From assembly GCF_009914755.1 (NCBI RefSeq), contig NC_060928.1: a DNA stretch of 64,000 nt, one strand, 5' to 3'. Origin of the DNA: the human T2T-CHM13v2.0 reference genome, Homo sapiens. The notes below the pieces were generated by a model. The model was not told where the DNA came from. It was given only the letters and a program-made list of their open reading frames with translations, and ran no database searches. The position numbers and the translations under genes were made by a program. Shown here piece by piece: positions 25,675 through 38,603 of the stretch (position 1 is the first letter of the stretch; each line of letters begins with the position of its first letter).

Positions 25675-28600
25675 GGTGCTCATTTGTAACTGGCTTATTT
25701 CATTTAGCATAATTTCTTTAAGATCATCCAGGTTGTAGTATCACAATTTCCTTCCTTTTCAAGGCTGAATAATATTCCATTGTATTTATATACCACATTT
25801 TATTTATCCATTTATCCATTAATGGACACTTAGGAGGTTTCCATCTTTTTGCTATTGTGAATAATGTTGTTATAAACATGGATATACAAATATCTGTTTT
25901 AATCTCTGCTTTTAATTCTTTTGTGTATATACCCAGAAGTGGAATTGCTGGGTCATACAATAATTCCATGTTTAATTTTTTGAGGAACCCCCATACTGTT
26001 TTCCGCAATGGCTGTGCCATTTTATATTCCCACCATCAATGCAGAGGGTTCCAGTTTCTCCATATCCTCACCAACACTTGTTATTTTCTGCTTTTTTTTT
26101 TTTTAAATAACAGCTATTCTAATGGGTGTGAAGTAGAGTCTCATTGTAGTTTTGACTTGTAGTTCTCTGAGGCAAATCAAACATTCCATTAATGTTAAAC
26201 ATCTTTTCATGTGCTTACAGGCCATTGGAATATTTTTGGAGAAATGTCTATTCAATTGACATTGAATTATTGTAAGATCCAGCAATTCCACTTCTGGGTA
26301 TATACACAAAATAATTAAAAGCAGAGATTCAAGTTCTTTGCCTATGCTTTTTTGTTGTTGGGTTGTAAGAGTTCTTCATATATTCTGAACATTAGCTCCT
26401 TATCAGATATATGATTTGCAAGTGTTGTCTTCTATTCCATGGGTTGGCTTTTCACTCTGTTGAGAGTGTACTTTGATGCATAAAAGTTTTTAATTTTGAA
26501 ATCCAATTTATCTATTTTTTCTTCTATTGCTTGTTCTTTTGGTGTCATATTCAAAAGTAACTCATAATGTTAAGTTATATATTTATTTGAATGTTTTATT
26601 ACATAAATGCCTGCCTTCATAGACTATAAGATACACAAAGACTGAAACCTCTGTTTTGGTCACCATCATAACCCCAGGACCTAGCCCGTGCCTGGTGACT
26701 AGTACGTGTTTCATCATATATATTCGTAATCTGATAAATGCATATCTTCTGATACTTTTAAATTGTGATGTTAAATGATACTTGATAACTTATACACTTA
26801 TATGAAAAAATTTTGATTGACAAAGGTGATTTCTGTGTGATATTTAATTCTCACTGAAAATTCACACTAAATTAATTTAAATTAAGTTAATTTAAATCAA
26901 GCCATATATAAAGTTTCAAGAAGTGTTGGAGAAAAAATTTAAACACAACAGCAACTGTATCAATGGCGTATTTTAAAAATATATTATTTTTTTCCAAATG
27001 TTTACAGACTAAAAAATGAAATGACTAGAAACACATCTTCCAGGTTTCAGTCATTTCATTTCAGATCTGATGTAACTTCATAATATGTTTCTTCATTCTT
27101 CTTTGGCAGGTATTCAAAAGTGGTATAGACCCGCTACTTAGATCAAACGAGGGGGACAGCTCCGGTGCCCTAAGTTAAGTGATAGCCCAGATCAAATGCT
27201 AACTCTCCCTTTCCTCTATGATTTCGTAAACCTTCAGGAGAAAGCTGACAAGTATTCATCTGCCTCGTAGATCAAACAAACCCACGAGGGATTCTCTTTC
27301 ACTCTTCTGTGCTTCTGGGAATTAAAATAGAAGGGACTTGTATTGTCAGCTGCAAAACAGCAGGGGGAGCTCATGAGGTTTTTAAGGCAGCTATTACTCG
27401 CCACCCCACCACCTCCAAAAACATTGCATTAAGTATACACTTAACAGCACCAAGGAGAAATTCAAAGGGAAAAGGAAGTGCGAGTGAGCGCGTGCACACA
27501 CACACAAACACACATGCACGCGCCTTCTAATGAGAGGTGAAAATGGACACAATCCATTTTATAATAAAGGACTGACAAACTAACACTTAATCCAGACCTC
27601 TGAAGCCACCTCTCAGACTATCCTTACTACCTTAACAGTCCAGCGTAGCCGTGGGTACCCAAGACCCCATCGCTGCTCTTGATTCTTGACCATCTTTCTC
27701 ATGTGTCCAAACTAAATTCCTAGACAGCTGGCTTAAAACTATAGTGCTTAAGTTTTCCAAACGTGTTTTTAAATATTCAGTGAAATTCTTTTGGAGAACA
27801 ACTTAAATAGTACTTTAAAAATTAGGTTATAAACCACAGAGTAGTTTTTAAAATACATGAACTATAGACCTTTGTCACTGAGGAGAAAGAATGAGGGGTC
27901 CAGGGTCTATATTGTGAGTTTTCGGGACAGGGTAAGAAGTCACTCCCTGTGAGGACAGAGTGGCCACAGAGGAACAGAAGAGTATTTCCTACTGGGGAGA
28001 AATCACAAGGGACACTGGTCTTGCTTGCCATGTTGTCCTTTGAGTCTTAACCCGGGACACAGGAATCAATGGTTAGCATTAATGAGTCATCAACAGCTCT
28101 CATTCTGAGGCCTAACAGAAAGCTAAGCTGTGAAGCCGTGGATAACCACACACAGGGACTCGGGCTGCTGATGGGCTTGCCAGGGCTAGGGTGGGATGTG
28201 AGGTCTTACCTTTGCTCCTCCTCTATCTACAAGTATGTCTGAATCACAGATGAGCGTCTGAGAACGCATCTTGAAACAGCTGTCACCTCTCCTAGAGGGG
28301 CTCATTTTTGGCATTGGGAAAACAGATTTTGGTGAGTGGCCGCAATGTCTTACAAATTCCCTGAAGTTCAGGGCCTTTTCTTGGTTTGTGATCAGTGTTT
28401 CCCAAAGAATACAGCTCTCTCCTCATGTCACTTCAGGATGACATGAGGATGACCTTTAAAATATTGTGAGTCCTACTTGTAATGGAACAATGAGACGTGG
28501 AATCGTGAAAGGAACTAGGATAAATATGTGACTATGTAGAAATAAGCTACTAGCTCTGTTTTATGCCATTGACTTTTCTATGTCTGAACACTTTTTCAAG

Positions 28601-29375
28601 GACTTTATAGAAAAGCAAATTGAAAAATAATAAAGTGTTTTCAATAAACTCCATCAAATGAATACATGCATAAATTATGCATAATTATAAATTATGATAT
28701 TTAATTTTCCTTAAAAATTATCTATTTGTTCTCCCAAACTATATTATAATTTATTCGTTAGAAAAGCATATATTTTCAAAGAAAAACTGTAGTAAAGAAG
28801 GACAGTACAACATATTACCTTAAAAAAAACTCTTTAAACGATGTAAGCTTTCTTACCTCTTTAAAAGGAAGTACATATATTCCTGGAGGAGGCATCTGAA
28901 GTTCCTTTCATCTAGATCTTCAAATTCTTTTTTCTACTGCCTGATAGTGTTTGGAAACCAAATTTTTATTTATCTTAAGTAACTTTTGAAGAAAAAAAGA
29001 ATAAAGGAAGCTTTACTTATTTTCTAAATACTGATTTAATTCAGTTTTAATAAGAGGAATCTGAGTATTAGGTTCCAATTTTTATGTGAATTACATAAAA
29101 TATTAAAATTACCAGAAACTCCAAATTACAGTGATCTTGAAGAATTTAGAACAACCCAAGAAGTCAACATAGCTGTAGGATGTATTTCATATCAATATAC
29201 TGGGCAAAAATTAGATATTATGTGTTCCTTTTTCTGTAATGTTGATCCAACTAAGTGTCACAATGAGTTAAGTAAAGCTAAGTCATGCCAGTTTGCTGGG
29301 ACTTGATTTCCTCTTCAATAAAATGAGGGGTTTCAGTTAGATGATTCTTAGTTTTCTCCCAAGAGCTAACAATTA

Positions 29376-29691
<316 letters not shown>

Positions 29692-31552
29692 GTACTCTGG
29701 CAACACAAGCATCCACCCCCAGTAGTTCTATTAAACTACATGAAACATAAAGGATCTACATGCTTAAGGGGCCTAGATTGCTCCCTAATTTTAGAACTAG
29801 ATAGGTCATACCAGTATATAGCTAAGCCCTTCAAAGAATATGGTAGTGAGGGGAGAGCTGATGGAATTTGAAATGTCCCTTGGTGATAGAAACTCACTTG
29901 ACAGCAACATAAACAAAGACTTAATAAAACAAGTAGTAAATTCACAGGAAGGAAGAGTAGCCCTAAAATTTACAAGTCTAGTAAGTCCCACACTTTCTGG
30001 GTTGATGGCTATCTCCTCCTGGCATATAGCTCAGTAACATATACAGTATCTGACAAAGATGGCCTCTGTTAGGCTCTTCTCATGTGCTAGAAGTCCTTAT
30101 TATTGACCATACCAACCACCAGTAGAATAACAGACACAATGGTAATCCCAGCTATTCATTCCCGCACTGTTGGCTCTCGCCATACACAGGTAAGAGGGCT
30201 ATGCAGAATGATTCTCCAGTGGTCAGGATTCGGATCCAAGGATGTGCTTGCCAAATTCCCTTGTCATTATGGAACTGAGGTTCAGAAAAGGACTCATAAG
30301 TTCAAAGTTGTTGTGGCCTCTGGAAGAGCACAGGGGTCTTTCCCCACTCACCCCCTCCCTTTGGGAGGGATAGGTCGGGACATTGCCTTTCACTCTGGCC
30401 CCCAAGGCATTTTATCATTCACTATAAGAGTGGATGAAATATTTATTCTGTTGAGTTAAAAGGTCTTGAAGTAAGTTATGTCTAACTGGGTGTTCACTGA
30501 TGATGACAAATGTTGAGATGTTGGGTATGCTAAGAAATGATATGACAAATGGGAATACCCTAACCCTTTAGACCACCCGTTTTCAAGAGATTCTGAAGGA
30601 CAGGTGGACAAGATGATGAAACACAGCAAGTAAACACTTCCAGCAAGAGGAAGGTTCAGCCCTAACTACAAAGCAGGGCTTGTGCAAGCCACACGGGGCT
30701 GATGGAATCTCCTTTCACCAAGTTCGGGCAGTGCGAACAGCGGAACCAAAGCGGGTCAGGAGAATGGTTCAGCCTGTTTTCCCCGAGCTCAGTCCCAGGC
30801 CTCAGGTCTATTCCAATGTAAGAGGCCAGAGCACAGGGGGCCATTTCTGAAGAACCAGAGAAAAGTGGGAACAGGACTGAAGAACCGTGACAGAGGCCGG
30901 ACTGCAGAATTGCCGTGTGTGGTTGCCCACGCTGGCACCACACCAATGAACCAGGACTAAGGGATGCGTGGGGCTGGATGCTGCTGTTTATTATTAGATG
31001 CATATTTTGCTACTCCTGGTGTTTGCTGATATAATAATAGCTTTATAGAATGTCAAAGTCGATGGTAATCATCTTCTAAAAGTTCATTCGATATCCAATT
31101 GTTAGTTTATCTATGCCTGATTGTTTTCTTTCTGATTTTTGCCTTCTGGCTGAGGAAGCTACCAGGAGGTTAAGAGTAGGACCTCACTGATTGGTGCAGC
31201 ATGATCCATCTAGGATCTACTATGATGGGAATTTGAAGAACCTTAGCATACTTTTTCACGCATGCCATATAACACTTACCTTTTGCAAATAGTAAAAGAT
31301 GTTTTTATTTAACCACATTTTTGTCACTAATCTTTAGTTATTTGTTACTTTATCATTACTCATCATTACTTAAATATATGACCAGTGAGAATATGTAGAA
31401 AATACGTACAAGTGCAAAGAAAAAAGTCCTCAAATTTTGTCAAAATCAACCGTGAACCTTTTCATGTACCATTTTCACTCTGCCCTCTGTGTGTGTACAC
31501 GTGTGCATGAATGTATAAAATGGATTGTATTTTCATCCTAGTAGGCCAACTA

Positions 31553-31993
<441 letters not shown>

Positions 31994-32194
31994 CTAAAGC
32001 AAATTTGGCAAAATGTTATCATCATGGAATCTAGGCAGAAGTGAATGAGCACCTGCTGTATCTTTCCATATATTTTCCTATGCATTTGAAATATTTTATA
32101 ACTTCCAAAATAAGGAAAGACTAGGATTGCTGTTCTGACAGCACATGCTGCATTTATGGCACTTTGACCATTTCTGGGCTCTCTGTTTGCTGCA

Positions 32195-32713
32195 TGCCGA
32201 GACCAGCTCGGTCTGGGAGACCATAAACCAGCAGCACTAGAGGAATTAAAGACACACACACAGAAATATAGAGGTGTGAAGTGGGAAATCAGAGGTCTCA
32301 CAGCCTTCAGAGCTGAGAGACCTGAACAGAGATTTACCCACGTATTTATCAACAGCAAGACAGTCATTAGCATTGTTTCTATAGATATTCAATTAACTAA
32401 AAGTATCCCTTATGGGAAATGAAGGGATGGGCTGAATTAAAAGAATAGGTTGGGCTAGTTAACTGCAGCAGGAGCATGTCCTTAAGTTAGGCACAGATCG
32501 CTCATGCTATTGTTTGTGGCTTAAGAATGCCTTTAAGTGATTTTCCACCCTGGGCGGGCCAGGTGTTCCTTGCCCTCATTCCTGTAAACCCACAACCTTC
32601 CAGCTTGGGCATTAGGGGCCATTATGGACATGTTTCAGTGCTGCAGAGATTTTGTTTATGGCCAGTTTTGGGGCCAGTTTATGGCCAGATTTTGGGGGGC
32701 CCTGCTCCCAACA
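32195..32713 (-). repeat. 3' LTR (MER9-type), 519 bp
   Basis: Direct repeat of the 5' LTR; preceded on the minus strand by a purine-rich tract. Confidence 0.93.
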
Positions 32714-32728
32714 TGTCCCGCTTCTCTG
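32714..32728 (-). other. Polypurine tract
   Basis: Minus strand AGAGAAGCGGGACA directly before the 3' LTR TGTTGGG. Confidence 0.7.
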
Positions 32729-33720
32729 ATTTGCAAATCAACAAAAGCAAAGGCAGCTTTGTCATGGTGAGCTACTTCTTGCAGGAGTCAGGATCCACAT
32801 CTGCAGACTATACAAAGACAAACAACACAGATTAAAAGCACAATCATCATTGAAATCACAGAGCGTCCCAGTGTTTTTATCCATTTTCAGCTCCTTTAAG
32901 CACTCCAGGTCCTGGAATTAAGGTCAGGTGTGCCTGGGATGCTTTAAATATTTGTTCTTTTCATTTTAAATCCTTATGTTAAGCTCCTAGAGCGGCCCAT
33001 ATCATTTGAGGTTGAGGTGCCACTATACCACCATGCTTCCAGATAATAGGAACTTTTGCTGTACTTCTTATCATTTCTACCACCTGACCGTTTTGTTCAG
33101 ATGATCTGAACATAGTGTGGCCGTGGCACGCAGACTGAGAGGTGCAATTCAAGCTAAACATCCCCTTAGGGGACCAATTAATAATGATTCCATAGGAATC
33201 TTGTGCAGCACCTCTGCCTGTTCTGCAATGCAATCTTCCTAAACAAGTACGTTCATTTTTTCTAACTGGGTCCAATCCTGTTTACAAATAGGTTTTCGAG
33301 GGCGGTATGCCTCAGTTACAGGATCAGATTTATTATGGTAAATACTGAGATCGGAAAGCATGTGTAACTGTGTCAGAGTGATTGCATCCAGGCATTATTG
33401 CCAGCCAAGATTGATACATATACCCAATAAGTATAATTGTTTGCTGTGTCAGCCCTTATTGAAGGAATACTCACGGCAGTGGTGATAACCGCTATCATGG
33501 CTACCATTACATTACTCATTGTGACTGGTTGTCCCGCTTTCCTCAGGTTTTCTTCCGCCATCTATGACAGCTTCTTGATCTGTCCCCAGGTGGGTGGCTG
33601 TGTTCAACGGGTGTTGCTCGTGACAGGTGGGGTCCTCCTCAGCATCGGTCTTGACATGGCTGCAACCAGGGGGTCCTCGGGATCCTCCTGGAGTCTCTTC
33701 CTTGGCATCTGGCTCATGAC
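32714..33720 (-). pseudogene. env: HERV-K env remnant with large internal deletion
   Basis: Leader PPTWGQIKKL...NYTYWVYV, SU fragments GIIINWSPKG and IWKHGGIVAPQP, TM end KWIKTLGRSVISMMIVLLICVVCLCIVCRC. Only about 1 kb in total. Confidence 0.85.
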
Positions 33721-36255
33721 AAGGTTCCAGGTGTCTTGATGGTATCCAAATCAGCTGTTGATTTTGGCCTGGAGTAATACAAGCATAACCTCTACCCCAA
33801 GTTATCATTTTACCTATTTCCCAACTTTTTGTTATTGGCTCTCTCCACCAAATCAATTGTTCTGCTTCTGTCTTTGCAGCTGGTTTCTGTAGATGCTGTT
33901 CAGCTGCTGAGAACATCTGTCCTTTGGGCAGGCTCAAAAAATTAAAGTTAATAATGCTAGGTTCAGTTGCATCTGCGGTGTTCCATATTCTCTGTCTCCC
34001 CCTTTCTGCTTTTGCAACTGCTGTTTTAGGGAAAGATTCATTCTTTCCACTATGGCTTGTCCTTGAGAATTACATGGGATAAGAGTAATGTGTTTAATAT
34101 TCCACATAGAGAAAAATGTACCTAGAGCTTGGCTAGCATAGCCTGGGGCATTATCTGTTTTAATAGAAGCTGGAATGCCCATCACCACAAAACACTGCAA
34201 AAGGTGACGTTTAACACAGGCGGAAGACTCTCCTGATTGGCATGTAGCCCAGACAAAGTGAGAAAAGGTGTCCACACATACATGTACATAAGCTAGTCTC
34301 CCAAACGAGGGAACATGTGTGACATCCATTTGCCAAAGAGAGTTAGGTTCCAGTCCTCGAGGGTTAACTCCTCCTGTAAAAGATGAAGAATGTACCATTT
34401 GGCAAGTTGGGCATCACTGGACAATAGCTTTAGCTTCTTTCCAGGTAATGCTGTATCTGCGTTTGAGACCAGAGGCTTTAACATGGGTTAAATTGTGGAA
34501 GTGTGAAAATTAGATATTGCATTAGCGCCTAGGCGATCAGCCATTTGATTCCCTTTAGTCAAAGGTCCTGGAAGAGGTGCATGAGCCCTAATGTGAGTGA
34601 TGTAAAAAGGGTGCATTCTACTTCTAACTGCTGTTTGCAATTGGATAAATAAAGTCATCAGTTGTTCATCTGTATGAAATCGTAACTGAGCATTTTCAAT
34701 TAACTGCGTGGAATGAACCACGTATGAAGAATCAGAAATCACATTAATAGGCATATCAAAAGCAGTCAATACCTCAATTACAGCTACAAGCTCTGCTTTT
34801 TGACCTGAAGTATAGGACGTCTAGAAAACTTTATTTTTTGATCCAAAATAAGAAGTTTTACCATTACTAGACCCATCTGTAAAAACATTCTCAGCACCTT
34901 CAATTGGCTTAAATTTAATTATTTTAGGGAGAATCCAATTAGTTAATTTCAAAAACTGAAACAGCTTCGTTTTAGGAAAATGATTATCGAGAACACCCAC
35001 AAAGTCAGCTAAATGGGCTTACCAAGTAAGACTATTTATAAATTTTATAAAAGCTTGCTGTATTTGTGCCTTCGTGAGAGGGACAATAATTTTTCCAGGA
35101 TCATATCCACGTAATTTAACAATCTCAGTTCTCCCAATTCCTATCATAGTAGCAATTTTATCTAAATAAGGAGTTAGAGTCCATGAATTAGCATGTGGAA
35201 GAGAAAGTCACTCTGCTAAGCCCCGTTCTTGGACAATAACACCAGTAGGTGAATGCTGATTTGAAAAAATTAGCAAATCTAGAGTCTTCTCTGGATCTAT
35301 TCTATTTATTTGAGCCTCATGGACTTTCTTTTCAATCAGTTGTAACTCGACCTCAGTCTCCTTTGTTAATTGCCGAGGGCTAGTAAGACTAGGATTTCCT
35401 CTAAGGATAGAAAACAGATTACTCATGGCATAGGTAGGAATGCCTAGAGCAGGTCGTATCCAATTAATGTTCCCTAGTAATTTCTGAAAGTCATTTAATG
35501 TTTTTATTGATCCCTATGTATGGTTACTTTCTGTGGCACAATGGTAGTGTCATTTACTAAGGTCCCCAAATAGGATTAAGGAGTAGTAGTCTGAATTTTG
35601 TCAGAAGCTATAATTAAACCAGCATGAGAAATCGAATTTTGCAAGTGATCATAACATTGGAGTAATATTTCTCAAGTGGGAGCAGCACAAACTATATCAT
35701 CCATATAGTGAAAAATGTAACACTGTGAAAACTTTTTACGAGTAGGTTCAATTGCTTGCCCCACATACATCTGGCAAATTGTGGGATTGTTTAACATGCC
35801 CTATGACAACACTTTCCAGTGATAACGCTTAGCAGGCTGCAGATTGTTTATTGCAGGAATTGTAAATGCAAACAGTTCACAGTCTTGCTCAGCTAAGAGG
35901 ATAGTAAAGAAACAGTCTTTTAAATCTATGACTATTGAAGTCCAATTTTTTGGAATTATAGCAGGAGAAGGCAATCCTGGCTCTAATGCTCCCATAGGTT
36001 GGATAACTGAATTGATGGCTCTTAAGTCAATTAACATTCTCCGTTTACCTGATTTTTTCTTAATTATTGAAACTGGAGAATTCCAAGGGGAAAATGTTGG
36101 AGCTATGTGCCCATTTTCTTATTGTTCAGTAACTAATTTCTCTAAAGCCTCCAGTTTATCTTTCCTTAGTGGCCATTATTCTATCCAAATTGGCTTATCT
36201 GTTAACAATTTTCAAGGTATAGGTTCTGGAGGCTTAACAATGGCCGCCATCAAAA
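33512..36255 (-). pseudogene. pol: HERV-K pol (RT, RNase H, integrase), disrupted
   Basis: [18 protein letters not shown] (decayed LPQGM), YMDD at 35696-35707, RNase H ISDSSY/HIRAH, integrase WQMDVTH/KTDNAP/IVER and WGRGYAC. Multiple stops and frameshifts. Confidence 0.92.
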
Positions 36256-36294
36256 ATTATTTTCTAATCTTTGGTGGGAACTTTGTCTTTCTGT

Positions 36295-37161
36295 TTAAAG
36301 TGGTTTTTTGAAAACTTGCAAATTTTTTTCTAGTCCTATACCAGGGACATACCCCATTTCATGCATCGTATGTTGATTATGAGGGCTATATAATTGTTCT
36401 GGAATTAGAACTTGTGCTCCCCATTGTTGTAATAAATCTCTTCCCCATAAATTTTTAGGTACAGAAGTTATAATTGGTTGAATAGTCCCAGGTTGTCCAT
36501 CAGGCCCTTCACAATGCAAGATATAACTACTTTGATATACTTCAGCGGCTTTACCAACTCCAGCCACATTAAATTGAGCGGGTTGAATTGGCCACGCAGA
36601 CGGCCAGTGCTGTAGAGAAATGATTGAAATGTCTGCTCCTGTATCTACCAAACCTTTAAATTTCTTTCCCTGAATAGTTATTTCACAGGTAGCACGTTTA
36701 TCAGTAATTTGATTTACCCAATAAGCTGCTTTGCCTTGTTTATTTGTGCTTCCAAATCCTCCTGTTCGTTTAATTTCACTTTTTCTCATTCCCACATACA
36801 GCACAATCAGGAGCTGTGCTATACGCCCTCCTGGCTCTGCTTTCCAGGGAACAGAAGTAGATACAACAATTTGAATTTCCCCATTGGAATCTGAATCAAT
36901 GACTCCTGTATGTATTTGTACCCCTTTTAAACCTATACTAGACCTTCCTAAAAGTAATTCTATCGTCCCCACTGGCAAGGGTTCGCAGACTCCTGTTGGG
37001 ACCTTTTGCGGGGGTTCCCCAGGCAGAAGGCTCACAGCTTTTGTGCAGCATAAATCTACTGAAGCACTACTGGCTGTGGCGGGGGACAGACATTGTACGG
37101 GGGTGAGGGAATGGCCTGAGCTGGAAATGCCCGGTTTAGAACGGGGCCCGGGACGGGCCCC
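36295..37161 (-). pseudogene. pro: HERV-K pro: dUTPase, aspartic protease and partial G-patch (open frame)
   Basis: dUTPase motifs SASVDL, GRSS, GVIDSD, RIAQL, RTGGFGST; protease LVDTGAD and WGRDLL; G-patch-like MGYVPGIGL. No stop between 37161 and 36298. Confidence 0.9.
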
Positions 37162-38453
37162 TCATGGCGTTTCCCGAAATAGGGTTCCCTTCTTTATCAA
37201 ACTTAGAGTGACACTGATTAGCCCAATGTTTTCCTTTTTTTACATTTTGGACATATTTCAGGCTCAACAGTTTTCTTTTTTCCCCTATCTGGTGGCCTGA
37301 CTCACTGATTTTTTCTACATTCTTTTTTAGTATGACCATGCTTCCCACAGTTAAAACAAGCTCCAGGAAATGGAGCATTTCCTTTATCTACTCTCAGTCC
37401 TGCCATTGCCTGTGCTAGCAGAGTAGCTTTATGCAGATTACCTCCGATGCCATCACAGGCATTGATATAATCAATTAAATGCACTTTCCCCCTGATAGGT
37501 CGCAGAGCAGCCTGGCAATCGGGATTAGCATTGTCGAAAGCTAATAACTGCAACACTATATCCTGAGCAGCCGAATCTGCAATCATCTTTTTAAGAGACT
37601 TCTGTAACCGAGCTATAAAATCAACGTATGGTTCTTTGGGTCGCTGTTTTATAGCACTAAAGGAAGGGTATTGTTCTCCACTTGAAGTGATTTTTTCCCA
37701 AGCTCTAATGCACACTCCTCTAAGCTGTTCTATGGCATCATCCCCCATGACCAGTTGTGCATGTAAACCAGCCCAGCCGCCAACCCCCAAAAGTTGGTGT
37801 GCAGTTATATTAATTTGAGGTTGGGCCTGGGCATTGCGAGCAGCCTGAATGGAAGCTTCATCTGCCCACCGAGTTTTAAACTGTAAGAACTGAGCAGGAG
37901 TTAGACAAGCTCGAGTAAGAGCGTCCCAGTCAGTAGGAATCATTCGACTGGAAACAGCAACATTCTTTAACAGTCCCATTACAAAAGGAGAACCTGGTCC
38001 ATACTGATTTATAGCTTGTTTAAATTCTTTGAGTAATTTAAAAGGAAAAGGCTCAAAAGTAGCTATAATATTTCCCTGTTGATCTGGGGGGTGTATTCTA
38101 ACAGGGAACTGCCAAGCCTCTAAATCACCCTCTTGTCTGGCTTGCTGAATTCCTGCCTGAATAGAACTAAGAGCGGTCGCTCGAGGCACTGCTCAAACTG
38201 TCACTGGGGCAACTACTTTTTGCCCAGCGTCCTCTGGAAAAGAAAGATCTGGAGGGTCTTTTTCTTCAAAATAATGAGGAGGGGGTGCAGAAGGGTAGGG
38301 ATGAACCTTTCCTTCCTTTGCTGCTTTAGCTTTAGCTGGTAAATAAACACGCTCTGTAACCTCTTCTGTTACTTCGCTATATTCTGGTTCCTCCTCGTCC
38401 TCAGTGTGAAAAAGTTCCAAGGTGGAACGAACCAGACCCCATACCTGTCCCAT
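37056..38453 (-). pseudogene. gag: HERV-K gag, disrupted
   Basis: MGQ start, MHR-like KQRPKEPYVDFIARL, zinc knuckle CFNCGKHGHTKKEC, second knuckle split by an extra A in an A7 run. In-frame TGA stops at 38193 and 37302, and TAA at 37136. Confidence 0.9.
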
Positions 38454-38576
38454 TGTTACCCTGACACTTCCGAGCCCCCCTTCTTATTCACCATGGGGAT
38501 TGCTTTAAGAGTACTCGGGTGTCCTCCAGCTACTTTTCCTTTCTAACCGTCGCTCTGGCAACCCTTCGACCTGGAT

Positions 38577-38601
38577 TCGAGCCCCCAATGGATGGACACC
38601 A
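38577..38601 (-). other. Degenerate primer-binding site (tRNA-Lys-like)
   Basis: Minus strand TGGTGTCCATCCATTGGGGGCTCGA, 2 nt after the LTR CA; resembles the tRNA-Lys(CUU) complement TGGCGCCCAACGTGGGGCTCGA. Confidence 0.7.
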
Positions 38602-38603
38602 CT

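Noticed and set aside
35844-37818. Plus-strand ORFs within the provirus (155, 138, 61 and 60 aa)
   Set aside because: Antisense shadows of gag/pro/pol with no motif support.
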